A stretch of 56,049 nt of DNA, filler included, from Sphacelaria rigidula (GCA_964200075.2; 4 parts of 4 records of this genome joined end to end with filler, not necessarily neighbours in it), one strand, 5' to 3'; positions 1 to 12,650 are shown, counted from the first letter of the whole stretch. Notes: generated from the sequence alone by a model not told the origin. Made by a program: numbers and translations.

Positions 1-422
1 GGAACCAAATACAAGCGCAGCGCAAGGGGGGAAGGATGTCTGACACACTTACGAGCCTCTTTTTTCGTGCAACCAACCCCCCCCCCCCTATCGTAGGATG
101 ACTCCGTTACCAACCATATGCGCTGGCTGTTTTCATATCTCTGAGCCCCCCCGAAATTCACACGACATATTCGGAGGAACTGGCGGTTCCCCCAGAGATT
201 TTCGATTTTCGACGAGAAATGAAGCACCTATACACATTGATACGGAAAACCGCTCTTGAGCTCCCCGGGAAATTTTCAACCCAGAATTGAAGCCCCTCTT
301 CCCGGAAAACCTGACCAGATGTACGGTCGTTGAAGTCGGCCGCCCCTTGAGTGCTTTACTAGGCGTTATGACACTGATCATGAAAAACTTATCTCCCGCT
401 TGCATTTTGTTTCGCTTAGCAG

Positions 423-3400
423 GTTTCAGACACCTGTCGTTTCAAGGTCGTCTGGTCAGGATCTTCAGTCTCATGCGCAGAAATCCCCGAGGGTGTTGAC
501 GTGCTCAACGACGGTTTCGTGCCGATATGCGATACGGTGTGTATTTGCCCGATCATACCGGTGGTAGCAGAGCGGGAGCGTTATCGGGCGCATGTTTGAC
601 GAGATAGAAAATTGAGACTGCTTCGTCTCGGGAACAGTGCAACATGCGGTCACCATAATCTATGACCGCGACTGTTTTCCCAATTGCTGATGTAGTGATG
701 CTTTGCCGAGCGAGCCCACCGTCTTGCATGAAACACCTTGTTTCGATATGACCTCAGGCGCTCGGTAATGCTAATATCAACGTGACTGGTGAAGCACGCA
801 GCTGCAGGTCCACGGTGCAACACACTCATTCGACTCTGACTCACTCATTCGTTATCGTTCAGGCTATGACGGGTGTCGAAGCGACCGGCAACGGGGGTAT
901 GACTCTCCGAACGCTAAACCTGACTCGTGGGTACTACCGCACGTCTATGGAAAGTCAAAACATCCTAAAATGTCACCAGAAAGGGGCTTGCATCGGGGGT
1001 GTGGACACCAGCCAGTATTGCGAAAAGGGTTACCAAGGACCATGTGAGACAAACCCCTCGGGTAGGTGTCTTGCACGGTACCTATGTAAGGGTCTCGGCG
1101 ATAGCGTACGCGACCGCCCGAAAGCGCAAGTACAACTATCAAACCACGCTGCTCACACCTACGCAAGGAGAGGCCTCCAACCCGCGATCGTTTTACATTG
1201 TGGTTGGAAAGTAGTTCAGAATTTTCGCCGTTGGGAATGCACTTGTCTACGGGCTTGCGCAAGAAGGAAAGACAGAACTCGCACAAAATGAACTGGCCAC
1301 ACCTCCGACGCGCATATCGTCGATTTATGCACACCCGCTCCTCTACGTGACGTTCTCAGACTGTGCTGTATGCGAAGAGGGCTATGCGTCCGGATACCAG
1401 TACAGCTGCTCCAGCTGCGTCGGCGAAAATCAGCGGTCAGCCATGGGTGAGCCTTTCCTAGGTGCATGCAGGCCAGGGCGAGAAAGCTCGAGATAGTAGG
1501 GTCTCCCGTTGTTCGAGCACCTACCTTGCTCGTTAGAGGCTGGCATTTCACCGCCGGTTCGATTGGCGCCGTTTACGGTTCTCAAACGTTCGACTCAACA
1601 TTACTATCGGCTGTCTGCCCTCCGTAGGGATACGCAGGTGTTACTGGTGGCGTAGGTGTGTGTGTGTTTTGAAAGCTAGCTGGCAGCAGATAGAGGCGAG
1701 CGAGAATTCTGTGATGCTCTGAATCGCAAGAGGTACTCTTCCTTCTGTTTTCGTGAACCAGGACAACTCAGCTGAGATCTCCCCCCCCCCCCCCCCCCCC
1801 CCCCGCGGGGGGCGTGGGCTTCGCCGGGGGGGGACACGCGAACGTTTTTTTTGGTGGAGGGGCACCCAACAAATANNNNNNNNNNCGCAGGAGGGACCTT
1901 TCCTTCTGTTTTCGTGAACCAGGGCCACCCAGCTGAGGTCCCCCCCCCCCCCCCCCCTCCCGTGGGTTGACGTCGGTTGCTAACGGCATGGTGAAACACG
2001 CGATTTTTTTGCGGGAAGCGAGACAACCAATGCAGATCTTGTTATTGTGGTAACTATGAATGTTGATAAGTTACATCGTTTTGTGCGGAGTGGAGAGTCT
2101 TAACTGCGCCCGAACAAGGATGATCGTACCGTATAGTGCGAAAATGACGATACACCCACGAGATGTTGACATGTCATGTACCCGTGGATGCCTCTGGAAG
2201 TAACGAGACCAGAAAACAATCCAAGCTCTTCGGAGCTGCCATCCGCATTTACGAAAACGCACAAGATGCCACACATACGCTGTGGTATGAATCTCACCCT
2301 TGAAGCGACTCGCCAAATACCCCACGCCGCTTCGCGCTGGGTGCAATGCTTACTAGATCGGTTCGAGGAAATCCCGGGGGGTCCCGTCTCGGCTTAGCCA
2401 GAGGTGCGAGGTCTCTGGCCTAATGACTACGGCATGTATGATCGTGAGCACAACCCCCCTCCCAACGTTCGCGCGCCCCCTTGCCTCCCGTGGCGTCTTT
2501 AATTCACAGTCACCTCAACAACGCTTCTCTTAGTGGCGCTGGTTGCCATTGCCCTGATGGTCGCGGATCTCATCCGGGTCGTGGATGAGAACAACACTGA
2601 CACGGCATTCGTATGGGAGAACAGGCTCACTTCTTTTCGAGACTGGGTCGCCAACATCGTTCCGCTCACGTCGATCAAGATCGTCGTAGTTGTATGGCAA
2701 ATCGTCACGCAGGTGAACGCCGCCGCGGTGTATTCGACGGCTACTATGCAATTTGGTAAGGCAACCGCACAAGCGAACGATGCGCTTGAGCACCGAACTT
2801 TGGAGTGATCGATACAAAGCCGAAGTTCCAGCACGTCACGTATGTTCCAGCGGCTTTATATGATATCCGGTAATGATTCGGATTCTCTCTAAAGTGCTCT
2901 GACTACTATATCGATCCCTCTCTTCGTTTTTCTCTGTCACTTGGAAAAAAACAAAACAGTTTTCTTCAGTGGTGGACGTGGTGTATCCTGATGTGTACAA
3001 GAGGTTCCTGTCCACACTGAACCTGGTGAACTTCAATCCCGGCTTCATCCTGTCCGTCTCATGCATAGTCGACACCAATTTCTACCGTCGGCTTGTGTTC
3101 GTCACAATCGGGCCGCTGGTTATGTTCGGAGTTCTAGGAGGGACGTACGCCGTGTCTAGAGCACGGAACCGGCACTCTCCCGCGGGGATGCAAGCTGCCA
3201 AACACAAGCATCTATCGATCGCGCTCCTTATCACGTTTGTCGTATACTCTTCGGTGTCCTTCACCATATTTCAAACGTTCGTTTGCGAGCGGCTGGATGA
3301 CGGGGTGAAGTACTTGAGGGCGGATTACAGCCTCACCTGCTCGACAGGTGTCCACACGGCGATGCAGGTGTACGCCAGTCTGATGATTTTCGTGTATCCA

Positions 3401-4018
3401 ATTGGTGTCCCGGCATTTTTTGCTTGGTGGCTCGTTTCCAACCGACACGACCTCGTGAAGGTTGGCGCTATCGGCACCTCCTTAGAGGCGCCTGAACCGC
3501 TGGACCACCTGCAGCCAATGCGGGATCTTTGGGCTCCCTATAAATCTCTTCGATACTTTTTCGAAGTGGTGGAGTGTGGTCGCCGAATAGCGTTGACAGG
3601 GCTGGCCGTATTTCTGATGCCCGGCAGCTCAGCGCAGGTAGCGATTGAGGTGGTTCTCGCTGCTGTGTTTATCGGGTTATCTGACACGCTTTCGCCATTT
3701 GCGGACCCGTTTGATGCATCGCTGTATCGTTGCGGTAATTGGGTGGTTTTCTTCTCCATGTACCTGGCCCTGTTATTGAAAGTCGATGCTTCAGACGAGG
3801 ACAGCCGTAGCCAAGTGGTGTTCGCGAAAGTACTCATTGCGGCAAATATCTGCATGATCGTGATGGTAGTGGTCCAAGCCGTGCTTATTTTGAAGAGGGA
3901 CCTCGTCGTCATGCGGGACCAGCCGGTTGCTAATCAGAGCTTCCGAGTCTCGAATTTTGCACAGGTTTGCGATGGGGAGACCGGCGCTGTCGTCGCCAGC
4001 GAATCGCAGCCGCGGTGA
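423..4018 (+). CDS. 5'-truncated spliced gene: Cys-rich ectodomain plus C-terminal multi-pass transmembrane domain (brown-algal adhesin-like / polymorphic-membrane-protein-like family)
   Basis: Exons 423-536, 863-1043, 1360-1446, 2510-2712 and 2960-4018 are bounded by AG/GT and join in phase 0/1/1/0 with no stops. Translation: ...TLNLTRGYYRTS...CHQKGACIGG...YCEKGYQGP|YCAVCEEGYASGYQYSCSSC...IKIVVVVWQIVTQ|FSSVVDVVYPDVYKRFL...VYSSVSFTIFQTFVCE...YLRADYSLTC...YPIGVP...LWAPYK...YFFEVVECGRRIALTG. It contains several hydrophobic helices and stops at TGA 4016-4018. Confidence 0.85.
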
Positions 4019-6582
4019 TCGAAAGAAGCTGATGAAACCACTGGCAGAGCCCTCATACCAGAGTGAGCCTTACAGCTTGTGTCAACAAAGCACCTCAGCT
4101 CCAACCGCGTAGTGCAACCCTCGTGCTTGCTTGATCCGATCACTCACTGGGATCGGACCACTTTTGTTTTCTGGAAAGTCAATCAGAATTTCTAGTTGCA
4201 GGTTGTATACTTGGATTTTCGTGATATACATACATGAATATTTGAACCAGAACCCCCTCCCGAGCCCCAGTTTCCGACGTAGTCGTGGCTGTCAAACGCT
4301 GCCTTTGCAGCATTGAAGTACCACATGCTCTTTGCATAGATCAACTCTGGTTTCGCTTCACGAGGGGTGTTGTTTCGGGTTTCGCGGGGTGTTATAATGG
4401 TTTTGGAGGAGTGTATGCCAAGTTGAATCTGACTGCATCGTGTGACCAGAACAAGCATGGACTTGTTCGTATGCTCCTTCAGGTCTTCTCCACCGATTTT
4501 CCGTGATATGAATGGGGGTGAACTACAGGACACGGGGCCTTGTCTCCCCGGTGTACGTTGGATGATTACGTTTGCTTTCTTCCCGGACGGGATATATTTT
4601 CCTCACGCGTCAGAACATTCGTCGAACATTTCAAGTCTTCGCCACGTCGAGCGGCAGAACCCCCGTAAGCACAGGGCGATTGGAGTAAAGACAACAAAGA
4701 TGCGTTTACTAAGGTAATGTATCTGGGCGCTTGCCTCAAAGTGGCATTTCCTTGGTGTAAAGTATAGGGAGACGTGCATCGTTGGGAGCGTCTTAGAAGC
4801 CCACCCAACGTAATTCGATCCAAATAGGCAGAATACTGACGCCACCATTTCTAAGGAGCATATTTGGTTTCCAGATGCAATCCATGCCTCTTGAGTAAGG
4901 CTCGTCGCAGGGGATCCACGGCGGGTGAAGTTAGTGGCGGCGAAGGGGGTGGATTGGGAGAAAGTCATCGGCAGGTGGAGAGGGAGGTTGGAGCCACAAG
5001 GGAAAAGGTTCGGGGATGGGATTTGTGGCAGGATGGATCGGGACAGGGCTTGAGGGGTTGAGTGACTTGTTGTAATGATTACGGGAGTAGGGAAACGAGG
5101 CGTTTTTGGAGTTTGTTTGGTGGTTTGCAATTAATGTGCACGGTGATGTTCAATGATTCGCAGTGACGGTGACGGCCTCCGTAGGCCCGGCATCAGCACC
5201 AATAAAATGGGAAACAAAAAATATAGAGTTTGATGAATCACAGCCTTTCCTCGGTTTTCGGCATAATTTTGATTTCAAGCTTGTGGACGCATGGATGTCC
5301 AACCATCCATAAGGAGGTCAACCATCTATCCGTTTTTGGGATTTTTATGTTTCTTTTCCCCCCGATCAACAGGTCCGATTACATTTGTATTTTTGGGAGG
5401 TTGGTCCGCAGTTAGCGCTAAAGTAGGCACCAGCACGTCGGGTTGGATCGCCACTTTTTCGGGAGCGCGGGGCTTACGCGAATTTGAAGGTTGCTGGAAC
5501 AGCAGCATGGCGAATGACCAGTCTGGGGTATTGGTAGTGTACTGTGTTTCAAGATAGTCCACCTTCGACCAATCACGGTTTGAGGTACACAGTGGTCGAT
5601 GCTGATAACGCGCAGATGTTGTTACCAAGCCGCGACACAAAAAATAGTTTTTCGCGCGCGCTAATTTTATGATGAATACCTGATGTTACGGCTTCCTCGC
5701 TTGATGCAATTTTCAATCACTGCAGTGTTGCTGTCAGAATCATGTGGAGGGAGGAGCGGGTGAGAGGGTGATGCCATGATTCGAGCTGCATTATAAGCAC
5801 CGGTTTGGCAATATTCGTGTTCTTGTGATTGCGTGTTTTATATGAGGTTATACTCTTCATGTTTGATAGTTCCAAAGAAATGAAGGGGAGATTTTTTGTG
5901 TCTTGGTCTCAGGTTGTGTGGTGCACCTTTGAGGGTTGGGGAACAACTAAAGCTATGTCTGTACAATGGCGCTTTACCGATGGGATATATATTCGGGATA
6001 TCTGAAACGTTTGAGTTGCAACGCTTAGGTTTGGGGACGAAGAGAACAAATAATCGGTATCTTCGGTGATATTGTTTCCACCATGTTTATTGCTGAGAGT
6101 CAAAAATGTTTTCTCACGATGAGAACACTGTATCTTGAATGACCTCTATTCTTAACTTCGTAACGCTCCAGCTGTAACCGTTAGTGTAGCGGAAGGGCGC
6201 GGCAAAGAGCGCAGTTTGTTCGTTAGTGAGAAAAGCGTTGCGCCGTAAAGACTATTCGGAGATGGAATACGATGCCATGGGATCAACGTAGATGCATGGC
6301 ATGTGACGTTCCATTTTGTACAGCCATGCGAAGGTGGTCAGTTCTGTGTCAGCTCGTAGGTGTGAAGCGAGCAGAGAACGAGCAAGGCTCAAGGAATGCG
6401 TGAGTTGTGAGAGCCAGACTACTGTCACTTCTGTGCTTTCACGTCCCGTCTGCCCGGTGTTATTCCGGAGGTGGGGAAAATGGATCAGTTACAGGCGAGG
6501 AGATGTGGCCCACGTTGCCTGTGGTACTATGTGCATACGTTGTACTTACCCTTTGCTCTGGATTGATGATACGGAGCCTTTG

Positions 6583-7941
6583 CACACGTGGACAAATAGC
6601 GCCCTGTAGGACGAGCTGCACAAGGTTCTCCACAGTCTTTGTGAGAACCCCTGTGAAGAATTTGCAAACCCCAGTACCTGTAATAGCATTTTGCATAGCG
6701 TTTATGTCGAAACCCTGCAAGTGATCCTGTGGAGAGGCCTTCCCAATTTGAAAATTTCCAAATTATTTTGGTACAAAATCTGTAAATTTATTGTTTTGGA
6801 ATAGCTTCTCCTGCTGTCCGAGATGAATTCCTCTCTGCCCGATTTGAATTGAGCAAAAAGGAATTCATCTCGGACAGCAGGAGAAGCTATTCAAATTAGA
6901 CCCTTTTTTCGCCCATTATATTTGGGCAAAAAAAAAAAAAAATCGGACAGCAGAAGAAACTCTTCGAAATAGATAATCTTTTCGCCCAAACAAAATGGTC
7001 GAAAAAAGGATATATTTCGAAGAGTTTCTTCTGCTGCGCAAATCCCATGCACACTGGCAGATTCGGAATTTGAATAGCAGAAGAAGCTCGATATAAATAA
7101 TCACTTTGCCCTCCAATTCATCCGGAAATTGGGCAAAAATATATTTATTGCGAACAGCGTCAGCTGGGCATATCCCCGCACACTGCACCGTTATCAGCAT
7201 ATGGGATCCGACAAGCAGAAAATACTGCTGAAAGTAATTCATCGTCTTGCCCCCCGGCCCATACACATGGCGTAAAGGGTGAATAATTCTCAACAGTTTT
7301 TGCTGAATAGAGATCCGACACACTGATTACGATCGAGTGTATGTCCACAATCCTACGAGTTTGGATACGACGCTTCCGCTGAAGACGTGGATGCTGGGGT
7401 GTAGGAATATACCTCGCATATGACCCCGCATTTGTTTTTCAAACCCCGTGGTCCACAGTCTACTAGAATCACTCAACCGAGTATGCTTTTGTCTACAGAG
7501 GTTTTTGCTTGATATTTACCAGAAGCACAAAATAGTTTCACAGTATGCAGCAAATCGGGTATCTCAATGTGCAACCTGGCATACCCCGAGCACACAATCG
7601 TGAGATCAATTCTCACCCCTGCCACTTCTCGACCGTTTGTTTCTGCCAGTACCATGCCCATGCTGTATAGAGTATATATTGTATGCGTACTATAAAGGCT
7701 GCACAGCATATTAAGAGCGATGAATTCTACACGGAGTGACGAAACCCTGTGAAGCGCCCTGTGTGGCACAAAATAATACCCTACGATCAAGTCCCCGCGA
7801 GGAACCCTGCACAGTTGCCCTGAACCCTGTGAAGCGTCCTGTGGGGCGCAAAAGAAAACCTACAGCCAGATCCGAGGAACACTGCACAGTATGCGTGAAC
7901 CCTGTAGACGTGCCCCACAGGGTGCTATTTGTCCACGTGTG
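6583..7941. mobile_element. Non-autonomous CACTA/CMC-like DNA transposon
   Basis: TIR CACACGTGGACAAATAGCrCCCTGTrGG starts at 6583 and its reverse complement ends at 7941. A 2-bp TG flanks both ends (6581-82, 7942-43). Many subterminal CCCTGTG/CCCTGCA repeats lie near both ends. No transposase ORF. Confidence 0.75.
6799..7036. repeat. Two adjacent long hairpins (inverted repeats)
   Basis: 6799-6892: GAATAGCTTCTCCTGCTGTCCGAGATGAATTCCT pairs perfectly with AGGAATTCATCTCGGACAGCAGGAGAAGCTATTC. 6948-7036: CAGCAGAAGAAACTCTTCGAAAT pairs with ATTTCGAAGAGTTTCTTCTGCTG. Confidence 0.9.
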
Positions 7942-8979
7942 TGGTGCGGACTTCAATGGTAGTCACCGATGGAGGTCTAGTGTTACGGATCGCGGCGTGG
8001 CGGGGTGAATTGAGATTGTACGATGATGAGCCGTCGGTTTCAAAACGACACTACGCCCGGAGGGCTGATTGCGGGAACTGGCTAGTACCGTGATCAGGGG
8101 TGAAGGCGGTGTAATCCGTCAAAAGACGGCATACATAAACATGCCTCTTTACATCTGGTTGGATCCGGTTCTTTACAAGAATCGATCCAGCCGGCACCCT
8201 GGGGTTCACTCTCTTTTGAGTGCTGAGGTAAATCCCACTAAGTGGGAAAATAAATCGAATTGACCTGAAGCGGTGATCAAGATATCGTGACGGTCGTCGT
8301 GTATCGTTCTGCATTGGACTTTCCCACGTGCTGTAAGCTTGCTTTTGTCCCAGACATAACGGTGAGACTGGAACGAGGTTGATTCAGGCAACGAGCAGAT
8401 GCAAGAAGATCGGCATGATAGTAAAACGACCTTTGTGCACAAATGGAATGATGAAATGTGTAACCTTACAGTAAAAGTAAGTCATATCATGCATGAGCTA
8501 GCGAGATATCGTAACTTGCATGACCGAAATGCTATTGTTGTTCGCTCTAGTACTCGACTTGTACAGTAGAGACATGCATGTGGACGACCACTATGGCCAA
8601 CACTATTCTGTTTGTATCATGGCGCTTCTACAACCGGGACTATTGTGTCGTATCATATCATGTGCGCTAGTCACATCTTCGGGTCGGTACCACGATGCAA
8701 AACGATGTTCGTAACAGCGGCTGAGAGATTCGATCGTTCATATGAAATAAGAAAAACACAGTGCAATCTAGCTTTCATCACTGTGCCAGATTGTTTTAGC
8801 AAGGACATAGCTTGAACTTCAAGATGTAACAGCTCAGGTGGTGTTTATACTTCAAAACGTACAGTCAACATGAATATCCATATAGTCTGTACATATTATT
8901 GCATAGCTGCGGGTCATTGAATCGGCCGCGCTGACTATATCGCTGACTTTATGCAGGAGACGCCGACGAATCTGGCGAT

Positions 8980-10730
8980 GTGGTCAGCCAACTTCCCTTT
9001 TTGTCATTACAAACTACCAACCAAGGAAAGGAAAAATAATGAAGAGTTCATGCTGATGGCATCGTGCTACCTGCTTGGATTGATTTCACGGCTTACTGCA
9101 TACCGTGTGGATAACGCTTGATTTGGAGCTTGCTGTGTCCTGTCAAGAATCGGAGATATCCTACACCGTGCTGTTTGAATCAAACTATCGATGTACTTCT
9201 GTACTGTCTATTGCTGTTGAATTTGTGTGACAGCAGGCCGTCTGCTGTGTGCATCCTATCACAAAATATGAATTTGCTCAACACTTGCACAGTGCACAAA
9301 CGAGGCTGATACCCATCTTCCTGTAACCTGATGCGGCGTACTGTTGTCATTTGAATGCTACCAGTTAACCCTCACCATTATCCTACATCAATCGTGCCTT
9401 ACTGTTCGGCGAGATATTACCTGATGTTACTCAATATCGATGGACTTGACTGTTGAGCCAACTTGAATCACTTCCCGTACATTTCACTATATACATGCGG
9501 AGTATTTTGAGATTTTTCGCGACATGAAAATTCGTGTGTTGCAGTGGACACCTGATGATGAGCGACTGTACTGTGTTGTACTGTACTGTACTACTGCTGG
9601 ATTTCGCATTGCACCAATGCTTGCGTACTTCCGTCAGTCGTCCGGCATTTGCTTGCTCCCAACGTGATTCTTCGTTGTTCAACCCCACTGCTTCAAGGTT
9701 AAGCTCTAGGCGTTGCCGCTGGACGGAGTAATGTTGGACTCGTTCACATCTGATGCCGCCGTCGCCATATGCTTTAGTTTTTGCATAGTGATGCTTGGGG
9801 TGCATGTTGCATGACAGCGGGGCCATATGTATATGCATTCAACAGGATAGCAGGTATTTAAAGCGCAATACCCCGCCCCAAGTACTATCATCGATCTGAT
9901 GCTACCCAACCTTATTTTTGCCTCGACACGTTGTAACCGAGAAGCGAACCGCCAAACAGATAATGAGTGAAGCGTACGAAGGCGTATACAGGGAAACATG
10001 ATGTTACATGAAGCTAGGGAGGGTATCACCTACGACCACGTAAAAGACCATGCTGTGCTCTGCTATGCTTGCTTACACGCGGTGGCAGGTCAAATATTTC
10101 GCAAACAGCAATGAAACCGTTGGAGCGGTGTGATCTCCCTTACGCCTTGAAATAAAAACTTGCCCTCACGGGTGAGTGCACAGGATCGAAATGTGAAAGC
10201 CGATCGTGCGAGGAGCTGTGAGATGAGACAACTTGATGCTTGCTTTATACACCACATCACGGTTGACGCCGAGATGGAATGATTCTCTACACCGCTTTGC
10301 TGTATTCTTGGATGCCATAACTGCTGTACGCCCGAGTTCTGCTGTGTAACGCAGCTGCTCAGTTTTTCTGTAGGCTCTGATTTCGCCGTGTGATGACACA
10401 ACGCCATGCTTGCTTTATAGCCGTGACAGGTCAAATCTTGTCGTGTAGACCTGATTGAGTAGAGTCACGGTGGATACTAGGATTGCATGACTCTCCACAC
10501 TACTTTGCTAAATAATTCCATGCAACAGCTGCTGTGTGCTTTCTGTTGTGTGATGCAGCTGAAAGGAGCAACACAACACGATTTTGCAGTTTGATACGGC
10601 TGAAATGGAACCACGCTATCCTGCTCCACATATACTCAAACTCGACAAGACCCGCTGGATGAAAAAAATCGCTTGTGTCTCCGAACATTGGGTTGGATGT
10701 CACCCTTCGGTTTTACCACATGCTATCGTT
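8980..10730 (+). pseudogene. Highly degenerate CACTA/EnSpm-like transposase remnant
   Basis: Motif-like fragments in colinear order across frames: YKLPTKERKNNEEFMLMAS (~9008), GITYDHVKDHAVLCYACLHAVAGQI (10022-10096), AEMEPRYP (~10600), WMSPFG (10695). These resemble NLPxxxRxxxENxxL, FDxVxxxxxDxMH and WMxPFER. Many stops and frameshifts. Confidence 0.35.
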
Positions 10731-11199
10731 TTAGTTATTATGATGCTGTTACAATATGGCTATACCGGATGACGGTTCCGACCGTTTACGGCCTGCACCA
10801 TCTCCTCGATGAAATCGTTGACTTTGTACTCAGTCTAACAGTGCATGAGTAGTGTGATTCCACTGTGGGAACAAAACTGTTCCGAATCACCATCGGATAT
10901 CAAATTATATCGGACTATGCATGCGGAAGAACCACTGCCGTGTACTATTTATTCGAGTCTATATACTGTGGGGAAAGATGAGGTAGTGATGGCCGTGCCG
11001 CCTAAGTGAAACTACTGAACGCGATATCAACCAGCAGATGGCAGTTAGTTAACGAACTGCATGTGGAAGAAATACACAGGAGCTATCGAGGTGTTGTCGG
11101 CTACAACTAGTACCGAGTACATACAGCATAATATATATACTTTTAGGAACGCGAACCACTTGCTCGAGTATCTCATGCATGACCACGTATGCAACGGTG

Positions 11200-11975
11200 A
11201 AACAATGTTATTTTACTCTATGCTTCGCAAATTCACGAAACTGCTTGTGTGACCGTAATACCATACTGGTTGTGCATACATGCTACAAGGCACGATACCA
11301 TGTGAGCCGATTCGTCGTGAACGGCAATTGCGAAGCTTGAATCAACATGAGGTATTTACCCTACCCCGGTCAGGGGGGGAGCAGATCATCGATGCCTTAA
11401 ATGTGTGTTATTGCCATGGAAATTGAATGTCACTTCAACGTGGTTCCCCCTGATTGATAGTTTTGCCCTTGGTGGATAGCTTCAAAGGGTATGGGCGAGT
11501 CATATATGCTTGAGAACTTCGGGGCTATGTATGTGATGTCTACTCCGATTTTGAAGAAATCAGATCCAATCATGTGCTTTGACTTTACTTCACGACTTTC
11601 AGTACATGGGTGATTGTTTCCGTGTGCACCTAATAACCGCACCTCGTACATGGCGTGTGATAGAGAATGACATTGTTACGCTGCCGTCCGCTAATGCACG
11701 GAAATCTGTTTGTCTAACCGTAATGTCATACTGTCTCCATACATGCTACCAGGCACGGTACTATGTAAACCGATTAGCCGTGAGCGGAAATGGCAAGGCT
11801 TGAATGAACGAAGCATGAAGTATTTACCCTACCCCCTGGTCAGGGGGGGCGAACCAGTAATGCTCGAAATGCTTGATTTGTCATGGAAAATGGATGAAAC
11901 CTCTACGTGGTTCCCCTGTTTGATCGTTTGCGCCCTTGGTAGATATCTTCAAAAAGTGTGTGCGAGCTATGAATG
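11200..11975. repeat. Diverged tandem duplication, period ~465 bp
   Basis: ~11250-11510 aligns by eye with ~11715-11975. Shared blocks include ACCGTAAT..CATACTG, CATACATGCTAC, GTATTTACCCTACCCC..GGTCAGGGGGG, ACGTGGTTCCCC and GCCCTTGGT.GATA.CTTCAAA. Confidence 0.75.
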
Positions 11976-12121
11976 CGTAAAACAAACGGAGAGTTATGTG
12001 AAGTTGTATGAACCATATATATATGTATATATATATATATATGCTTGCACCATACAGCGAACAAGCAGGATTTGATTGCGTACAGGAAAATGGGCGAGGA
12101 CGAAGGCTCAAGATGTCAAGA

Positions 12122-12650
12122 CCATGCTTGTTCGAACAGGTTGACAGGGGAGTCAGGATTTCCCATGAGTTTTCGAACGGTTGACAGGGAGCCAGGAGTT
12201 TCCCATACGTGTTCGAACAGCTTGCCACGGAGCCAAGATTTGCCATGTGTTTTTGAACAGGTTGACAGGGGGCCAGGCGTTTCCCATGCGTGTGTGGACA
12301 GGTTGACATGGATCCAGGATTTCCCATGTGTTTTCGAACAGGTTGACAGGTGGCCAGGACTTTCCCATACGTGTTCGAACAGCTTGCCATGGATCCAGGG
12401 TTTCCCATGTGTTTCTGAACAGGTTGACAGGGGGCCAGGCGTTTCCCATGCGCGTTCAAACAGGTTGACAGGTGGCCAGGAGTTTCCCACGTGCATGTGG
12501 CTGACAGGAATCAGGATTTCCCGTGTGTTTTCGAACAGGTCGGCAGGCATCCAGGAATTCCCATGCTGTCCGAACAGGTTGAGAGGTGGCCAGGATTTTC
12601 CCCTGTGTTGTTCGAACAGGTTGACATGAAGCCAGAATTCCCTTGGGAGT
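12122..12650. repeat. Minisatellite, ~13 units of 40/41 bp with higher-order structure
   Basis: Consensus is approximately TTCGAACAGGTTGACAGGnnnCCAGGA(n)TTTCCCATGyGT. The variant CAGCTTGCCA recurs at ~12218 and ~12380 (162-bp spacing). Confidence 0.9.

Noticed and set aside
1735-1960. Direct repeat and long poly-C runs around a 10-N gap, with poly-Gly/Pro ORFs
   Set aside because: Overlapping low-quality contig ends at a homopolymer; most likely an assembly artefact.
4192-5130. Minus-strand ORFs (113 and 175 aa) as a possible LINE RT remnant
   Set aside because: Only a vague GIHSSKT resemblance, with no YADD-type motif.
10260-10670. PRWN and KTRW as hAT TRW motifs
   Set aside because: These are isolated short matches; the surrounding colinear motifs fit CACTA better.
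12122-12650. CRISPR-like appearance of the regular ~40-bp repeats
   Set aside because: The units are contiguous and diverged, with no unique spacers and no cas genes, in a eukaryotic context. This is a minisatellite.
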